The notes below the pieces were generated by a model. It was not told the origin of the DNA. It made no database searches and was given only the letters and a program-made list of their open reading frames with translations. A DNA stretch of 64,000 nt, taken from NCBI GenBank assembly GCA_963677485.1, contig OY781964.1, forward strand, positions 1,088,001-1,152,000. The letters are read 5' to 3'. Position numbers and translations under genes: made by a program. The DNA is from Armatimonadota bacterium. Its GTDB lineage: Bacteria > Armatimonadota > HRBIN16. Of this stretch, positions 9,874-19,958 are shown in pieces (position 1 is the first letter of the stretch; the number at the start of each line of letters is the position of its first letter).

Positions 9874-11237
9874 GCTGGCTCACCTCCCTCTGGGCCCTTC
9901 GCAATTTGCTTGCGTATGGTCATTAACCACAGGCCGAATATCGCTGCATACACCACCAAGAAGAGTATGATGGTGAACAGCACCTGCCAGGCCGGCACAT
10001 TCACACTGACGGAATCCACCGTCAGCAGCATGTTTTGAACCGTCCACGGCTGGCGTCCCATTTCGGTCACTGCCCAGCCCAGGTTGTTAGCGATCCAGGG
10101 CAGAGGCATCATCCACATTGCGATCTTCAGGTAGAGCCTGTTCGTGGCGATGCTGCCCTTCCACGAAAGCCAGGCACCGATCAGCACCAGCAGTGCCATC
10201 AGCATGCCGAGACCAACCATCGCCCGGAACCCGAAAAACAGGACCAGGATAGAGGGCCAGACATCTTGAACTTTGGTGACCTTTGGGTTGTCGATGCCCT
10301 TCAATATCGCAGGGTCATTCAAACCCATCACTTTGCATTTAGGCGTGCCAGATATCATCCAGCTTAGCATGGCGGGCATGCGTATGGCATAATCTGTCCT
10401 GCCCAGATCAGGCCGAGGCCATCCGATCAGGGTCATCGCAGCCGGGCACTCTGTGTCAAACAGAGCCTCATACGCCGCCAGCTTGACTGGCTGGTTGTGC
10501 GCGGTGTTGACCGCATGCCAGTGACCAATCAAAGGCTGGGCACAGGTGCTGATCACCGCCCAGATGATGGCGGTTTTGAGTGAGACTGTGGCGAACACCA
10601 CGTTCTTGCCCTTCAGCAAATACCAGGCACTCACACCGATCACGAAGAAAGAGCCGGTCATGATGGCCCCATCGATGGTGTGAAAGAACCGGGGCAGCAT
10701 GCTAGGGTTGAAGACGGCGCCCCAGAAGTTATCAAGAACAGGCCGGCCAGCACTCATCTTGAATCCTGCGGGGGTCTGCTGCCAGCTATTGGCGATCAGT
10801 ATCCAAAAGCCGGATATGGTCGATCCAAACGCCACCAAAAAGGCGGAGAGCTTCAGCATATCCGCTGAGACCTTATTCCAGCCCAGTAAAAGCACAGCCA
10901 TGAAAGTCGATTCAAGGAAAAACGCGGTCAGCGCCTCGGCGGCCAGAAGTGAGCCGAACACATCGCCGACGAAGCGGCTGTAGCTGGCCCAGTTGGTTCC
11001 AAACTGGAACTCCATGGCGATGCCGGTGGAGACACCCACGGCGAAACTGATACCGAATAGCTTGATCCAGAACCTGGCCATCGCGCGATCTGCTGCAGAT
11101 TTCGTCTTGGCATATCGGCTGACCATGCCGAAAATAATCCAGGACAGGCCGATAGTTAAAGGAGGAAAAAGAAAATGGAAAGCGATGGTGAGCCCGAACT
11201 GGATTCTGGCGAGAAGAACAGCATCCAAACTTGGCAC
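9870..11237 (-). CDS. cydA: cytochrome bd ubiquinol oxidase subunit I
   Basis: FHFLFPPLTIG, MEFQFGTNW, QPVKLAAYE, EMGRQPW. Confidence 0.95.
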   Translation of the reverse strand: MPSLDAVLLARIQFGLTIAFHFLFPPLTIGLSWIIFGMVSRYAKTKSAADRAMARFWIKLFGISFAVGVSTGIAMEFQFGTNWASYSRFVGDVFGSLLAAEALTAFFLESTFMAVLLLGWNKVSADMLKLSAFLVAFGSTISGFWILIANSWQQTPAGFKMSAGRPVLDNFWGAVFNPSMLPRFFHTIDGAIMTGSFFVIGVSAWYLLKGKNVVFATVSLKTAIIWAVISTCAQPLIGHWHAVNTAHNQPVKLAAYEALFDTECPAAMTLIGWPRPDLGRTDYAIRMPAMLSWMISGTPKCKVMGLNDPAILKGIDNPKVTKVQDVWPSILVLFFGFRAMVGLGMLMALLVLIGAWLSWKGSIATNRLYLKIAMWMMPLPWIANNLGWAVTEMGRQPWTVQNMLLTVDSVSVNVPAWQVLFTIILFLVVYAAIFGLWLMTIRKQIAKGPEGGEPA

Positions 11238-12599
11238 CTCCGTGTCAGTCGTAGTACTAGTTCAGTTATACCCGAAATGTGCCAGCAGGCGTTAAGATGC
11301 CCATAAATGGCTGGGGATATCCACAGATGAGGCAGTTTGTCGTAACCACGAATGGACACGAACGGACACGAATGGGAAGGATCCATCCACAGATTACACA
11401 GGTTACGCAGATTAGGTGAGGAGTTGCTGCCAATGTCCGGGGCGGTTTTCCCCAACCGCGCCGGTCTTTCTCCAAGGCAGACAGCAATCGGCACGAAGGG
11501 AAAGATCTCACGCCGAGATCACGGAGGGGGTCATGACCACACAGGTTTGATGGAGTGCCGACACCAGTGGTACTCCCACCGCGACATCAATGTCTCGGCT
11601 ATTGGCAAGAAAGACTGCTGAAGCAGCCTGAAGTCGTCGTACGGCCTCCGGGCACCCACGGAGTGGGTAAGATTCTTATAGCCAGGGGTGAGCGAAGCGA
11701 TACCCCTGGAAATGGCCGCGGTACCCCTACCCCGAAGTGGGTCGTCCAATGACGATGTGGCTGATCACCTCCGATACAAGCCACCAGCCACGCTACGACG
11801 GGTTCCATCGCCCCGTAAACGGGGCTCCATCACCCATCGCTGATCAGTTTGCAGCCCGCAAGCGGGCGCAGCGGAAGGTCATCGCAACCCAATTGCCTTA
11901 GTCCGGGGCGGTTTTCCCTAACCGCGCCGGTCTTTCTCCAAGGTAGACAGCAATCGGCATGAAGGGAACGATCTCACGCGGAGATCACGGAGGGGTCATG
12001 ACCACGTCGGTTTGGTGGAGCGCCTACTACACCAGCGGTCCTTCCGCCGCGACATCAATGTTTCGGCTATTGACAAATAAGACTGCTGAAGCAGCCTGAA
12101 GTCGTGGCGCGGCCTCCGGGCACCCACGGAGTGGGTATGATTCCTTATAGCCAGGGGTGAGCGAAGCGATACCCCTGGAAAAGGCCGCGGAAAACGTAAC
12201 CCCGAAGTGGGTCGTCCGCTGACGCATCGGCAGATCACCTCCGATACAAGCCACTAGCCCTGCTACGACGGGTTCCATCGCCCCGTGAACGGGCTCCGTC
12301 ACCCATCGCTGATCAGTTTGCAGCCCGCAAGCGGGCGCAGCGGAAGGCCATCGCAACCCAATTGCCTTAGTCCGGGGCGGTTTTCCCTAACCGCGCCGGT
12401 CTTTCTCCAGGGCAGACAGCGATCGGCACGAAGGGAACGATCTCACGCCGAGATCACGGAGGGGTCATGACCGCGCAGGATTGATGGAGTGCCTACACCA
12501 GCAGCCCTCCCACCGCGACATCAATGTCTCGGCTATTGAAAAACAAGCATCCGCCCGTGCCTACCCGGCAGCCCATACTGTAACTGATGCGTTTCAGGT

Positions 12600-12790
12600 A
12601 CATTTATAGCACACATCTCTTGACAGCATCCCCGGACAGTCTTTGGTGCATAATAGCCCGTTAACAAGCATGGGGCGGAAAGGTGGCTGATCAGCCAGAT
12701 GGTGTAGTGCTCGGTGGCGAACCCGAGTGAACCCGATTACAAGATTTCACGCATATGCCTTTCCGGCTCGAGATGTGTTCATATTTCTAA
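12600..12790 (+). ncRNA. candidate IS110 bridge RNA in the non-coding left end
   Basis: Stem cggaaagg (12676-83)/cctttccg (12758-65); hairpins tggctgatcagcca and ctcgg..ccgag; short matches to donor (TTACAAG) and target (CAGTCTT). Boundaries approximate. Confidence 0.5.
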
Positions 12791-12806
12791 GTGTGAGGAT
12801 CAAACA

Positions 12807-14246
12807 ATGGCACAGCACTCTCGAAAAGACAACTCGCCTGTAGAGGCCAAGCCTCCTTCCCACTCCCTGTTGTCGCGCCGTGTACCGGCCCCTCGGTTCG
12901 TAGCTCATTATCCAAAAGAGGATCTCCAGGTGATCCACCGCAATGCAGCGGGCATTGACCTAGCAGGGCGCGGCGCTCACTTCATCGCTCTGGAGATCAG
13001 TGAAACAGAGCTTGAGGTCATAGAGGTGGGGGGAATGACCCCGGATCTGACGGTGTGGGTTGAGTATCTGAAATCGCATGCCGTGACTACGGTGGCGATG
13101 GAGGCGACCGGTGTCTACTGGATTCCGGTGTACGATGCTCTGGAGAAGGCCGGCATCGAAGTATTTCTGGTGAACCCAAGCCATGCTAAGAATGTTCCTG
13201 GACGCCCGAAAGATGACAAGCTAGACGCACGTTGGTTACAGAAGCTGCATAAATTCGGCTTGCTTTCAGCCTCGTTTCGCCCGAGCGAAGACATTCGCCC
13301 GTTGCTAGAATTCTGGCACCAACGAAGTAAACAAGTGGAATTCTGCGGTGATGCGGTCCGTCGCCAGCAGAGGGCTCTGGATATGATGAATCTGCGCCCG
13401 CACCAGGTAATAAGCGACCTGGATGGAGTGACTGGTCAGCGTATCGTGGACGCGATCGTGAATGGAGAGCGTGATCCAGTCAAACTGGCGTCATATCGCG
13501 ATCATCGATGTCACTGCACCGATGAAGAGCTTTATGCGGCTTTGACAGGGTATTACCAACCCCACCTGGTGTTTGCTCTCAAGATAGCCCGAAACGACCA
13601 TCTTTTCCATCAGGCTCAAATCGCTCAGATCGATGCTCAGATATTACAGCATCTTACTGCGATCATGCCTGAGAATGATGATCAGATCACGGAAGCTGTT
13701 AGCTTGGAAACCCACCCAGTCAACCAGGGAAAACATCCACCGCCATTTAATGCTGGTGCGATGGTGACACTGTTTCTGGGTGTAGACCCAACCCAGCTAC
13801 CAGGAATCGGCGGTCTCACAGCTCTGGGCCTTCTGTCTATGTTAGGCTACGACATGGATAAGTGGAAAACGGATCGACATTTCGGGTCATACCTTGGTCT
13901 TGCGCCGGTTCAGAAGATCAGCGGAGGTAAACGGCTATCGAGCCGTACCCGGCCTGGCATACATCCTGCGGCCGTTCTGTTTCTGCAGTCGGCCGTTGCG
14001 ACTATACGTTCTGATAATGCTTACGGTGCTTTCTAAAGACGCTTAGCGGCTCGCATCAGTAAGCCTAAAGCTCTCTATGCCACCGCATACAAAATCGCCA
14101 GGATGTACTACCATCTGCTAAAAGACGGCCAGCAATACGTTGATCTTGGGGTTCAGGATTACGAAGCGAGGTATCAGTCTCATCAAGTTGCAGCCATGAG
14201 AAAGAGGGCCAAGAAGTTAGGTTTCGATCTGATCGAAGCCGTCTGA
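12807..14246 (+). pseudogene. IS110 DEDD/Tnp recombinase with premature TAA at 14034-14036
   Basis: AGIDLA, AMEATGVYW, KDDKLDARWL and ISGG motifs. Past the stop the frame continues RRLAARISKPKALYATAYKIARMYYHLLK...KKLGFDLIEAV to TGA at 14246. Confidence 0.9.
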
Positions 14247-15396
14247 CCATTTGATTTTCGATGCTTTCAAGCACAATTTTATCGGAGAAGTGCATAGGCA
14301 GCTCCGACAGGCATTCTATACCCAATAGGTGGTATGATCGCCGTATAAAGGTTACTTACAAGACTGCTGAAGCAGCCTGAAGTCGTCGCGCGGCCTCCGG
14401 GCACCCACGGAGTGGGTAAGATTCCTTATAGCCAGGGGTGAGCGTAGCGATACCCCTGGTAAAGGCCGCGGTACCCTACCCCCGGACGGGGGTCGTCCGA
14501 TGACGATGTGGCTGATCACCTCCGATACAAGCCACCAGCCCCGCTACGACGGGTTCCATCGCCCCGTGAACGGGGCTCCATCACCCATCGCTGATCAGTT
14601 TGCAGCCCGCAAGCGGGCGCAGCGGAAGGCCACCGCAGCCCAAATGCCGAAGTCCGGGGCGGTTTTCCCTAACCGCGCCGGTCTTTCTCCAGGGCAGACG
14701 GCGATCGGCACGAAGGGAAAGATCTCACGCGGAGACGCGGAGATCACGGAGGGGTCATGACCGCGCAGGTTTGATGGAGTGCCTACACCAGCGGTCCTCC
14801 CGCCGCGACATAAATGTCTCGGCTATTGACAAAAAAGACTGCTGAAGCAGCCTGAAGTCGTCGTACGGCCTCCGGGCACCCACGGAGTGGGTAAGATTCC
14901 TTATAGCCAGGGGTGAGCGAAGCGATACCCCTGGAAAAGGCCGCGGTACCCTACCCCCGGACGGGGGTCGTCCGCTGACGATGTGGTTGATCACCTCCGA
15001 TACAAGCCACCAGCCCCGCTACGACGGGTTCCATCGCCCCGTGAACGGGGCTCCATCACCCATCGCTGATCAGTTTGCAGCCCGCAAGCGGGCGCAGCGG
15101 AAGGCCACCGTAGCTCAAATGCCACAGTCCGGGGCGGTTTTCCCTAACCGCGCCGGTCTTTCTCCAAGGCAGACGGCAATCGGCACGAAAGGAAGACAGT
15201 CCACAGATCGCACATATTGTCTGAACCACGAATATACACGAATGGACACGAATGGCTATAAACACAACGCAAAGTCGCAAAGAAGCAAGGACGCAAAGGT
15301 TGGCGGAGGCGATTCACCATCCGTGTCATCCGTGGTTCAGACGATAACGCAGCATGGACACGAACACCGTATCACAACATAATGCCCCATCCGCCG

Positions 15397-15432
15397 CACA
15401 AAAAAAGGCGCGGACATTCCTGTCCGCGCCTG
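15397..15432 (-). terminator. intrinsic terminator downstream of nfnB
   Basis: ggcgcggaca..tgtccgcgcc stem followed by a T run on the minus strand. Confidence 0.7.
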
Positions 15433-15445
15433 AGATGCAGATGGC

Positions 15446-16846
15446 CTACGCTCCCTGGCTCTCCAGGAAGCTCTTGATGTTATGCGCGATGTCTTTCCCG
15501 TCGCCCATGGCCAGGATGACCGTGGCGGCGCCGCGCACGATGTCGCCTCCGGCGAACACGCCAGGAATGCTGGTCATGCCCTTCTCATCGGTGATGATGT
15601 TGCCGCGGCGGTCGAGTGCCAGATCGGGGCAGGTGCTGGTGAGCAGCGGGTTCGCTTTGCTGCCGATGGCCACTACCACGCTGTCGCACGGGATCTCGAA
15701 CTCGCTGCCCTCGATGGGAACGGGGCGGGATCGGCCCGATGCGTCTGGTTCACCTGCTGCCATGCGGATGCACTTCAGGCCGGTGACCCATCGTTTCTCG
15801 TTGCCCAGCACTTCCACAGGCGCGGTGAATATTTCAAGCTGCACACCCTCTTGTTCAGCGTGGTGTACCTCTTCCACACGGGCGGGCATGTCCTCTTTGC
15901 TGCGGCGGTAGACGATAATCGCCTCCTCAGCACCCAGGCGGCGAGCGGTGCGCACGGCATCCATGGCCACATTGCCGCCGCCAATCACACACACGCGCTT
16001 CCCCTTCAATATGGGGGTGTTGCTGATCGGGAAGTCGTAGGCTTTCATCAGGTTCACGCGGGTCAGGTACTCGTTCGCTCCATACACGCCCTTGAAGTTC
16101 TCGCCCGGCACGTTCATGAAGATGGGCAGACCGGCCCCCACAGCGATGAACACCGCGCCGAACTGCTGCAGCAGCTCTGGGATGGTGATGGTGTTGCCCA
16201 CAATGACGTTGGGCTCAAGAACCACCCCCATCTTCTCCAGCCTCTGCACTTCGCTGCGCACGATGGCCTTGGGAAGCCGGAACTCCGGGATACCGTAACT
16301 GAGAACACCGCCGGCCTTGTGGAAGGCCTCAAAAACCGTGACCTTGAAGCCCAGTCGCGCCAGCTCACCCGCCGCGGTCAGACCACCGGGTCCAGCCCCA
16401 ACTACCGCCACGCTTTTGGCCTCTGGTGTGATCTCGGGCTTGGCCACGGGCAGGTTCTCGCGTGCCCAGTCGGCCACAAAACGCTCAAGGTATCCGATCG
16501 CCACGGGCAGGCTCTTCACGCCGCGAACACACCGCACTTCGCACTGAGTCTCCTGCGGACAGACACGGCCTGTGATAGAGGGCAGCGCGTTATCGGTTAG
16601 CAGCGAGGTGGCGGCTCCTGCCAGATCGCGTTCCGCCAGCAAGGTGATGAATTTCGGGATATTCACCCCAACAGGGCAGCCTTCGATGCACTTTGCGTTC
16701 TTGCAGTTCAAGCAGCGATGGGCTTCCAGGATGGCGGTCTCCAGTTCGTAGCCCTGGTTCACCTCCTGGAAGTTGCCAGACCTCTGCTGTGCGTCCTGCT
16801 CCCGCATCGGCTGGCGGGTGATGCTCATTTTCTGTTTTGCGTCCAT
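15446..16846 (-). CDS. nfnB: NADH-dependent ferredoxin:NADP+ oxidoreductase large subunit (GltD/SudA-like)
   Basis: RCLNC..CIEGCP, GRVCPQETQCE..C, GAGPGG, GGGNVAMD and FAGGD motifs; paired with nfnA. Confidence 0.85.
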   Translation of the reverse strand: MDAKQKMSITRQPMREQDAQQRSGNFQEVNQGYELETAILEAHRCLNCKNAKCIEGCPVGVNIPKFITLLAERDLAGAATSLLTDNALPSITGRVCPQETQCEVRCVRGVKSLPVAIGYLERFVADWARENLPVAKPEITPEAKSVAVVGAGPGGLTAAGELARLGFKVTVFEAFHKAGGVLSYGIPEFRLPKAIVRSEVQRLEKMGVVLEPNVIVGNTITIPELLQQFGAVFIAVGAGLPIFMNVPGENFKGVYGANEYLTRVNLMKAYDFPISNTPILKGKRVCVIGGGNVAMDAVRTARRLGAEEAIIVYRRSKEDMPARVEEVHHAEQEGVQLEIFTAPVEVLGNEKRWVTGLKCIRMAAGEPDASGRSRPVPIEGSEFEIPCDSVVVAIGSKANPLLTSTCPDLALDRRGNIITDEKGMTSIPGVFAGGDIVRGAATVILAMGDGKDIAHNIKSFLESQGA

Positions 16847-16848
16847 TA

Positions 16849-17682
16849 CTATTTATCCAATCCGATTTTACATGCGTGGTGCGCTTCGGCCTCTTGTTCC
16901 ATCTCTTTATATGTGCCCAGCCGGTCTTGAATCTCATCAAAGTCGACCAAATGCCCATCGAATTCGGGGCCATCCACACAAGCAAACTTAACTTGGCCAT
17001 CCACCATTACCCTGCAACCGCCGCACATACCGGTGCCGTCCACCATCACGGGGTTCAGCGAGACCATGGTCTTCACGCCAAACGGACGCGTCAACTCGGC
17101 GATCGCCCGCATCATGGGCATGGGGCCAGCCGTATAGACGATGTCGATGCCGCCCTCTTCAAGCACGCCCTGCAGCGCTTGCGTGACGAAGCCTTTCACG
17201 CCCAGACTGCCGTCATCGGTGCAGATGATCACACGGCCGCATTCGCCCAGCTCTTTTTCCAGAATGACCCACTCCGAAGTGCGCCCCCCTGTGATGCTGA
17301 TGACCTCTACGCCATTCGCCTGCAGTGCCGTGGCGATGGGCCAGACGACTGCTGTGCCCACTCCGCCGCCCACCAGAACGGCGCGGCCGCTGGTGATCAC
17401 CTCAGTGGGGTGACCCAGCGGACCGGCGATGTCGGTGATCGACTCGCCCACCTCCAGCGCGCAGAGCTCTTTGGTACTGAGGCCGATTGCCTTGATGACC
17501 AGCGTGATGCTGCCCTTCTCGATGTTGACATCCGCGATGGTCAGGGGGATTCGCTCTGATCCCTCACCCTTGCGCACGATCACAAATTGGCCAGGCCGCC
17601 TCTTAGCGGCGATTCGGGGAGCTTCGAAACTGATTTGAAACACATCCGGTGCCAGTTGGTTTTTGGCAATTATACGATGCAT
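16849..17682 (-). CDS. nfnA: NADH-dependent ferredoxin:NADP+ oxidoreductase small subunit (SudB-like)
   Basis: PGQFVI, ERIPLTI, GPLG, MVDGTGMCGGCRV..FACVDGPEFD. Confidence 0.9.
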   Translation of the reverse strand: MHRIIAKNQLAPDVFQISFEAPRIAAKRRPGQFVIVRKGEGSERIPLTIADVNIEKGSITLVIKAIGLSTKELCALEVGESITDIAGPLGHPTEVITSGRAVLVGGGVGTAVVWPIATALQANGVEVISITGGRTSEWVILEKELGECGRVIICTDDGSLGVKGFVTQALQGVLEEGGIDIVYTAGPMPMMRAIAELTRPFGVKTMVSLNPVMVDGTGMCGGCRVMVDGQVKFACVDGPEFDGHLVDFDEIQDRLGTYKEMEQEAEAHHACKIGLDK

Positions 17683-17711
17683 GTAGGATTTACTTCACTT
17701 TCCTGGGCCTG

Positions 17712-18143
17712 TTAAAAAAAAGCCCGTGAGTTCTGTTGGTATTCTGCATAGTCTGGAAACTTTTGTAATAAGAACCGTTCCTCATACCGCGCCTTAAGGG
17801 CGAGCCAGATGCAGAGGGCGAAGCTGATCGCCATAGCTGTGAGGCTCCCTGTGTACGCGGCAGCACTGATGGCGAGTAGCATAAATCCGCCGTAAATGGG
17901 GTGCCTCACTTTCGCGAAGGCCCCATGCCGGATGAGAGGACTATTGGGCTGCACCGCCGGTAATGGATAGAGGTAACGTCCGAGTGTTACCAATCCAAAT
18001 AGTATTTTCATAATACCGAAAAAACTGAGTAATAGAGGAATCCAAAGCCACTGGTCAGGCATTTTGAGCAACTGGTCTGGTTTCAACCAGCAAGCGAGTG
18101 TCACAAAGAACAGCAGCAGCATTTGGACGACAAAGTAGATCAC
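17712..18143 (-). CDS. isoprenylcysteine carboxylmethyltransferase (ICMT/PEMT) family membrane protein
   Basis: VRHPIYGG and EERFLLQKFPDYAEY; GTG start after GGAGG. Confidence 0.85.
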   Translation of the reverse strand: MIYFVVQMLLLFFVTLACWLKPDQLLKMPDQWLWIPLLLSFFGIMKILFGLVTLGRYLYPLPAVQPNSPLIRHGAFAKVRHPIYGGFMLLAISAAAYTGSLTAMAISFALCIWLALKARYEERFLLQKFPDYAEYQQNSRAFF

Positions 18144-18427
18144 GATGTGTACCTCCCAAGCCAGGCGTGTATCTACATTATGGCAGAGTGCTGGCGGATG
18201 GTTGTTTGGCGGTGGGTGGGACCGACCGGACCGGTCTCGTTTCACGCGAAGACGCGAAGACGCGAAGGTGATTTGAACCGCGGATTGGACGGATCGGACA
18301 GATCGGACTTATTGTGTATATTCTCGTGCATTCGTGTGTTTTCGTGGTTACAATGCCTTTACCACGGCGGGCATTGTCTGAACCACGGATTACGCGGATG
18401 GAAAGGATGGGAAGGTGCCTTCCCGCC

Positions 18428-18506
18428 GCGCCCGCTTGCGGGCAGCTATCTGATCAGCGATGGGTGATGGAGCCCCGTTCACGGGGCGATGGAACCCGTC
18501 GCATCG
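18428..18506 (-). repeat. isolated inverted copy of one module of the composite repeat
   Basis: Reverse complement of gacgggttccatcgccccgtgaacggggctccatcacccatcgctgatcag..cccgcaagcgggcgc. Confidence 0.9.
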
Positions 18507-18555
18507 CGGCCGACAAGCTTGCGAATCCACGACCTGCCACCTGGTGCCGCAAACG

Positions 18556-18993
18556 CTAACTGCCGGAGGGCTTCTCTTCCTTAGCAGCCATCACCTGGCG
18601 CGGCGAAAACCGGCACAGCCAATAAAACATGGCCGCAGGCACCATCACGCACACGAACACGAAGGCGAATGCCTTCCAGTCCTTGGTGATGTGCTGCAGG
18701 GTAGACTCACCCGCAGTATATGGAATCCAGACCAGCAATAGATACAGAAAAAAGCTCCAGATGGCCAACAGGGCCAGCATAACAATCGGCCAGTAATGCC
18801 GTGTGAAGGAGGCGATACCCAGCACTGAGGTGTAGATCACCAGCGCATAGACAGAATAATCGGTGATATTGCGAATGGTGACTTGACCGCTCGCCGTGTC
18901 TAACTGCGCCAATCCCATCCAGATCCCAAACGCCACCGACGTAACCAGCCAGAGCGGATACATAAAGGTATCAAATGGAGTGTGCCGTTTCAT
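18556..18993 (-). CDS. 4-TM membrane protein, paralog 1
   Basis: Hydrophobic segments; RHYWP..WIPYTAGESTLQH resembles the protein at 20605-21066. Confidence 0.7.
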   Translation of the reverse strand: MKRHTPFDTFMYPLWLVTSVAFGIWMGLAQLDTASGQVTIRNITDYSVYALVIYTSVLGIASFTRHYWPIVMLALLAIWSFFLYLLLVWIPYTAGESTLQHITKDWKAFAFVFVCVMVPAAMFYWLCRFSPRQVMAAKEEKPSGS

Positions 18994-19075
18994 TTTCGAT
19001 GCCCCCTGTCAGTTTATTCCACATGAACCATCAGCCGTCATCACCACTGATGCTTCTCGATAGGCTGATACATGA

Positions 19076-19104
19076 ATTATGGTATGAATATCTAAGCATG
19101 TCAA
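19076..19104 (-). promoter_or_regulatory. sigma70-type promoter, copy 1
   Basis: TTGACA-N17-CATAAT on the minus strand. Confidence 0.75.
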
Positions 19105-19205
19105 GTGGTTTACATCGGCAAAATGATAAACTGGCATATTTGACAGGTGAGATGGCTGAAGGAACCAGCCCACACCGGACGAACCGGTTCACCACTAGGC
19201 TATGG

Positions 19206-19871
19206 TTACTCATGACCGGGGTTTTCCAGCGTCGTATCAGGTACCATCATGACCGTGTTCCACGATAGAATGGTCCCTCTTTTCCCATCTGCCGATGGAG
19301 CACCATGGTTAGTGACAGCAGCGTGCCCATCCGCAAATGCAATTAGTGTTCTGTCAGGGATACTCCATCTCCACCTGGGTACCTCAGGCTTCATCACGTT
19401 AAAATAGTAATCCCTCGGGTCTTCGGAATGTAGCGGTGCAGGTATTCCCTGACTACCGTGGAAGATGTCTGCCAGATATCTATGACATTCACATTCATAG
19501 AAACTCTCAAGGGACTGTTGAGACGCAGGCATCCAGGTGGGCACCGACCGTGTATACACATAGGAACCAATCATCGGCAGGCCGTATTCCTCGGTGCATC
19601 CTTTTGTCCACTCCTTATCGTTCTTGCAGCAGGTAGGAGTCTTCTTCAACAGAAGCTTGGCCATCGAATCACTTGGGGGTACATGCGTCCCATAATCGTC
19701 CATATACATACGCAGTGCTATGACACACTGACGAAGATTGGAGAGGCATGTTGTCTGATGGGCGCGCTTTTGCCCCTGAGCTAACGTGGGATACATTATG
19801 CTGGCAAGTATCGCGATAATACCCAGCGCCAGCAGCAGTTCAAGTAGTGTGAAACCTCGTCTAATACCCAT
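19206..19871 (-). CDS. prepilin-type N-terminal cleavage/methylation protein (DUF1559/H-X9-DG-like), paralog 1
   Basis: RRGFTLLELL..IIAILASIMYP, CLSNLRQ, AFADGHA. Confidence 0.85.
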   Translation of the reverse strand: MGIRRGFTLLELLLALGIIAILASIMYPTLAQGQKRAHQTTCLSNLRQCVIALRMYMDDYGTHVPPSDSMAKLLLKKTPTCCKNDKEWTKGCTEEYGLPMIGSYVYTRSVPTWMPASQQSLESFYECECHRYLADIFHGSQGIPAPLHSEDPRDYYFNVMKPEVPRWRWSIPDRTLIAFADGHAAVTNHGAPSADGKRGTILSWNTVMMVPDTTLENPGHE

Positions 19872-19958
19872 TTCTACCTCCACTTTTCTCATCTACATCC
19901 GCGCGATCCGAGGTTCAGACAACTCCTGGGGCGGTCTGGCCTGAGCTGCCGGCGGTAA

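Larger units (their letters stand above)
12548..14362 (+). mobile_element. IS110-family insertion sequence (1815 bp)
   Basis: Removing it restores an intact repeat unit (ggctattgaaaaACAAG|actgctgaagc). ACAAG is at both junctions (12543-12547, 14358-14362). No long terminal inverted repeats. Confidence 0.9.
11435..15192 (+). repeat. tandem array of ~470-bp composite REP/BIME-like units: 4 full plus 1 partial, unit 3 interrupted by IS110
   Basis: gtccggggcggtttt starts at 11435, 11901, 12370, 14652 and 15127 (spacings 466, 469, 467+1815, 475). Each unit carries hairpins gactgctgaagcagcc, ccaggggt..acccctgg, gccccgtgaacggggc and cccgcaagcggg. Confidence 0.95.

Noticed and set aside
12620-12654. 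sigma70 promoter TTGACA...CATAAT in the IS110 left end
   Set aside because: The spacing is 23 nt, too long. No convincing circle-junction promoter was found either.
11435-15192. CRISPR array
   Set aside because: Units are ~470 bp and similar along their whole length, with no unique spacers and no cas genes.
11156-15382. Short ORFs within the repeat array (also 25203-26760, 42982-43476, 51868-52370)
   Set aside because: They are translations of repeat DNA; frames and stops differ between copies and no domain motifs are present.
15482-16600. Long antisense ORFs (also 47354-48226, 55857-56885, 61739-62659)
   Set aside because: They are shadows of GC-rich genes on the opposite strand and have no motifs of their own.
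15446-16846. Glutamate synthase small subunit
   Set aside because: No gltB nearby; the partner is an NfnA/SudB-type gene, which indicates NfnAB.
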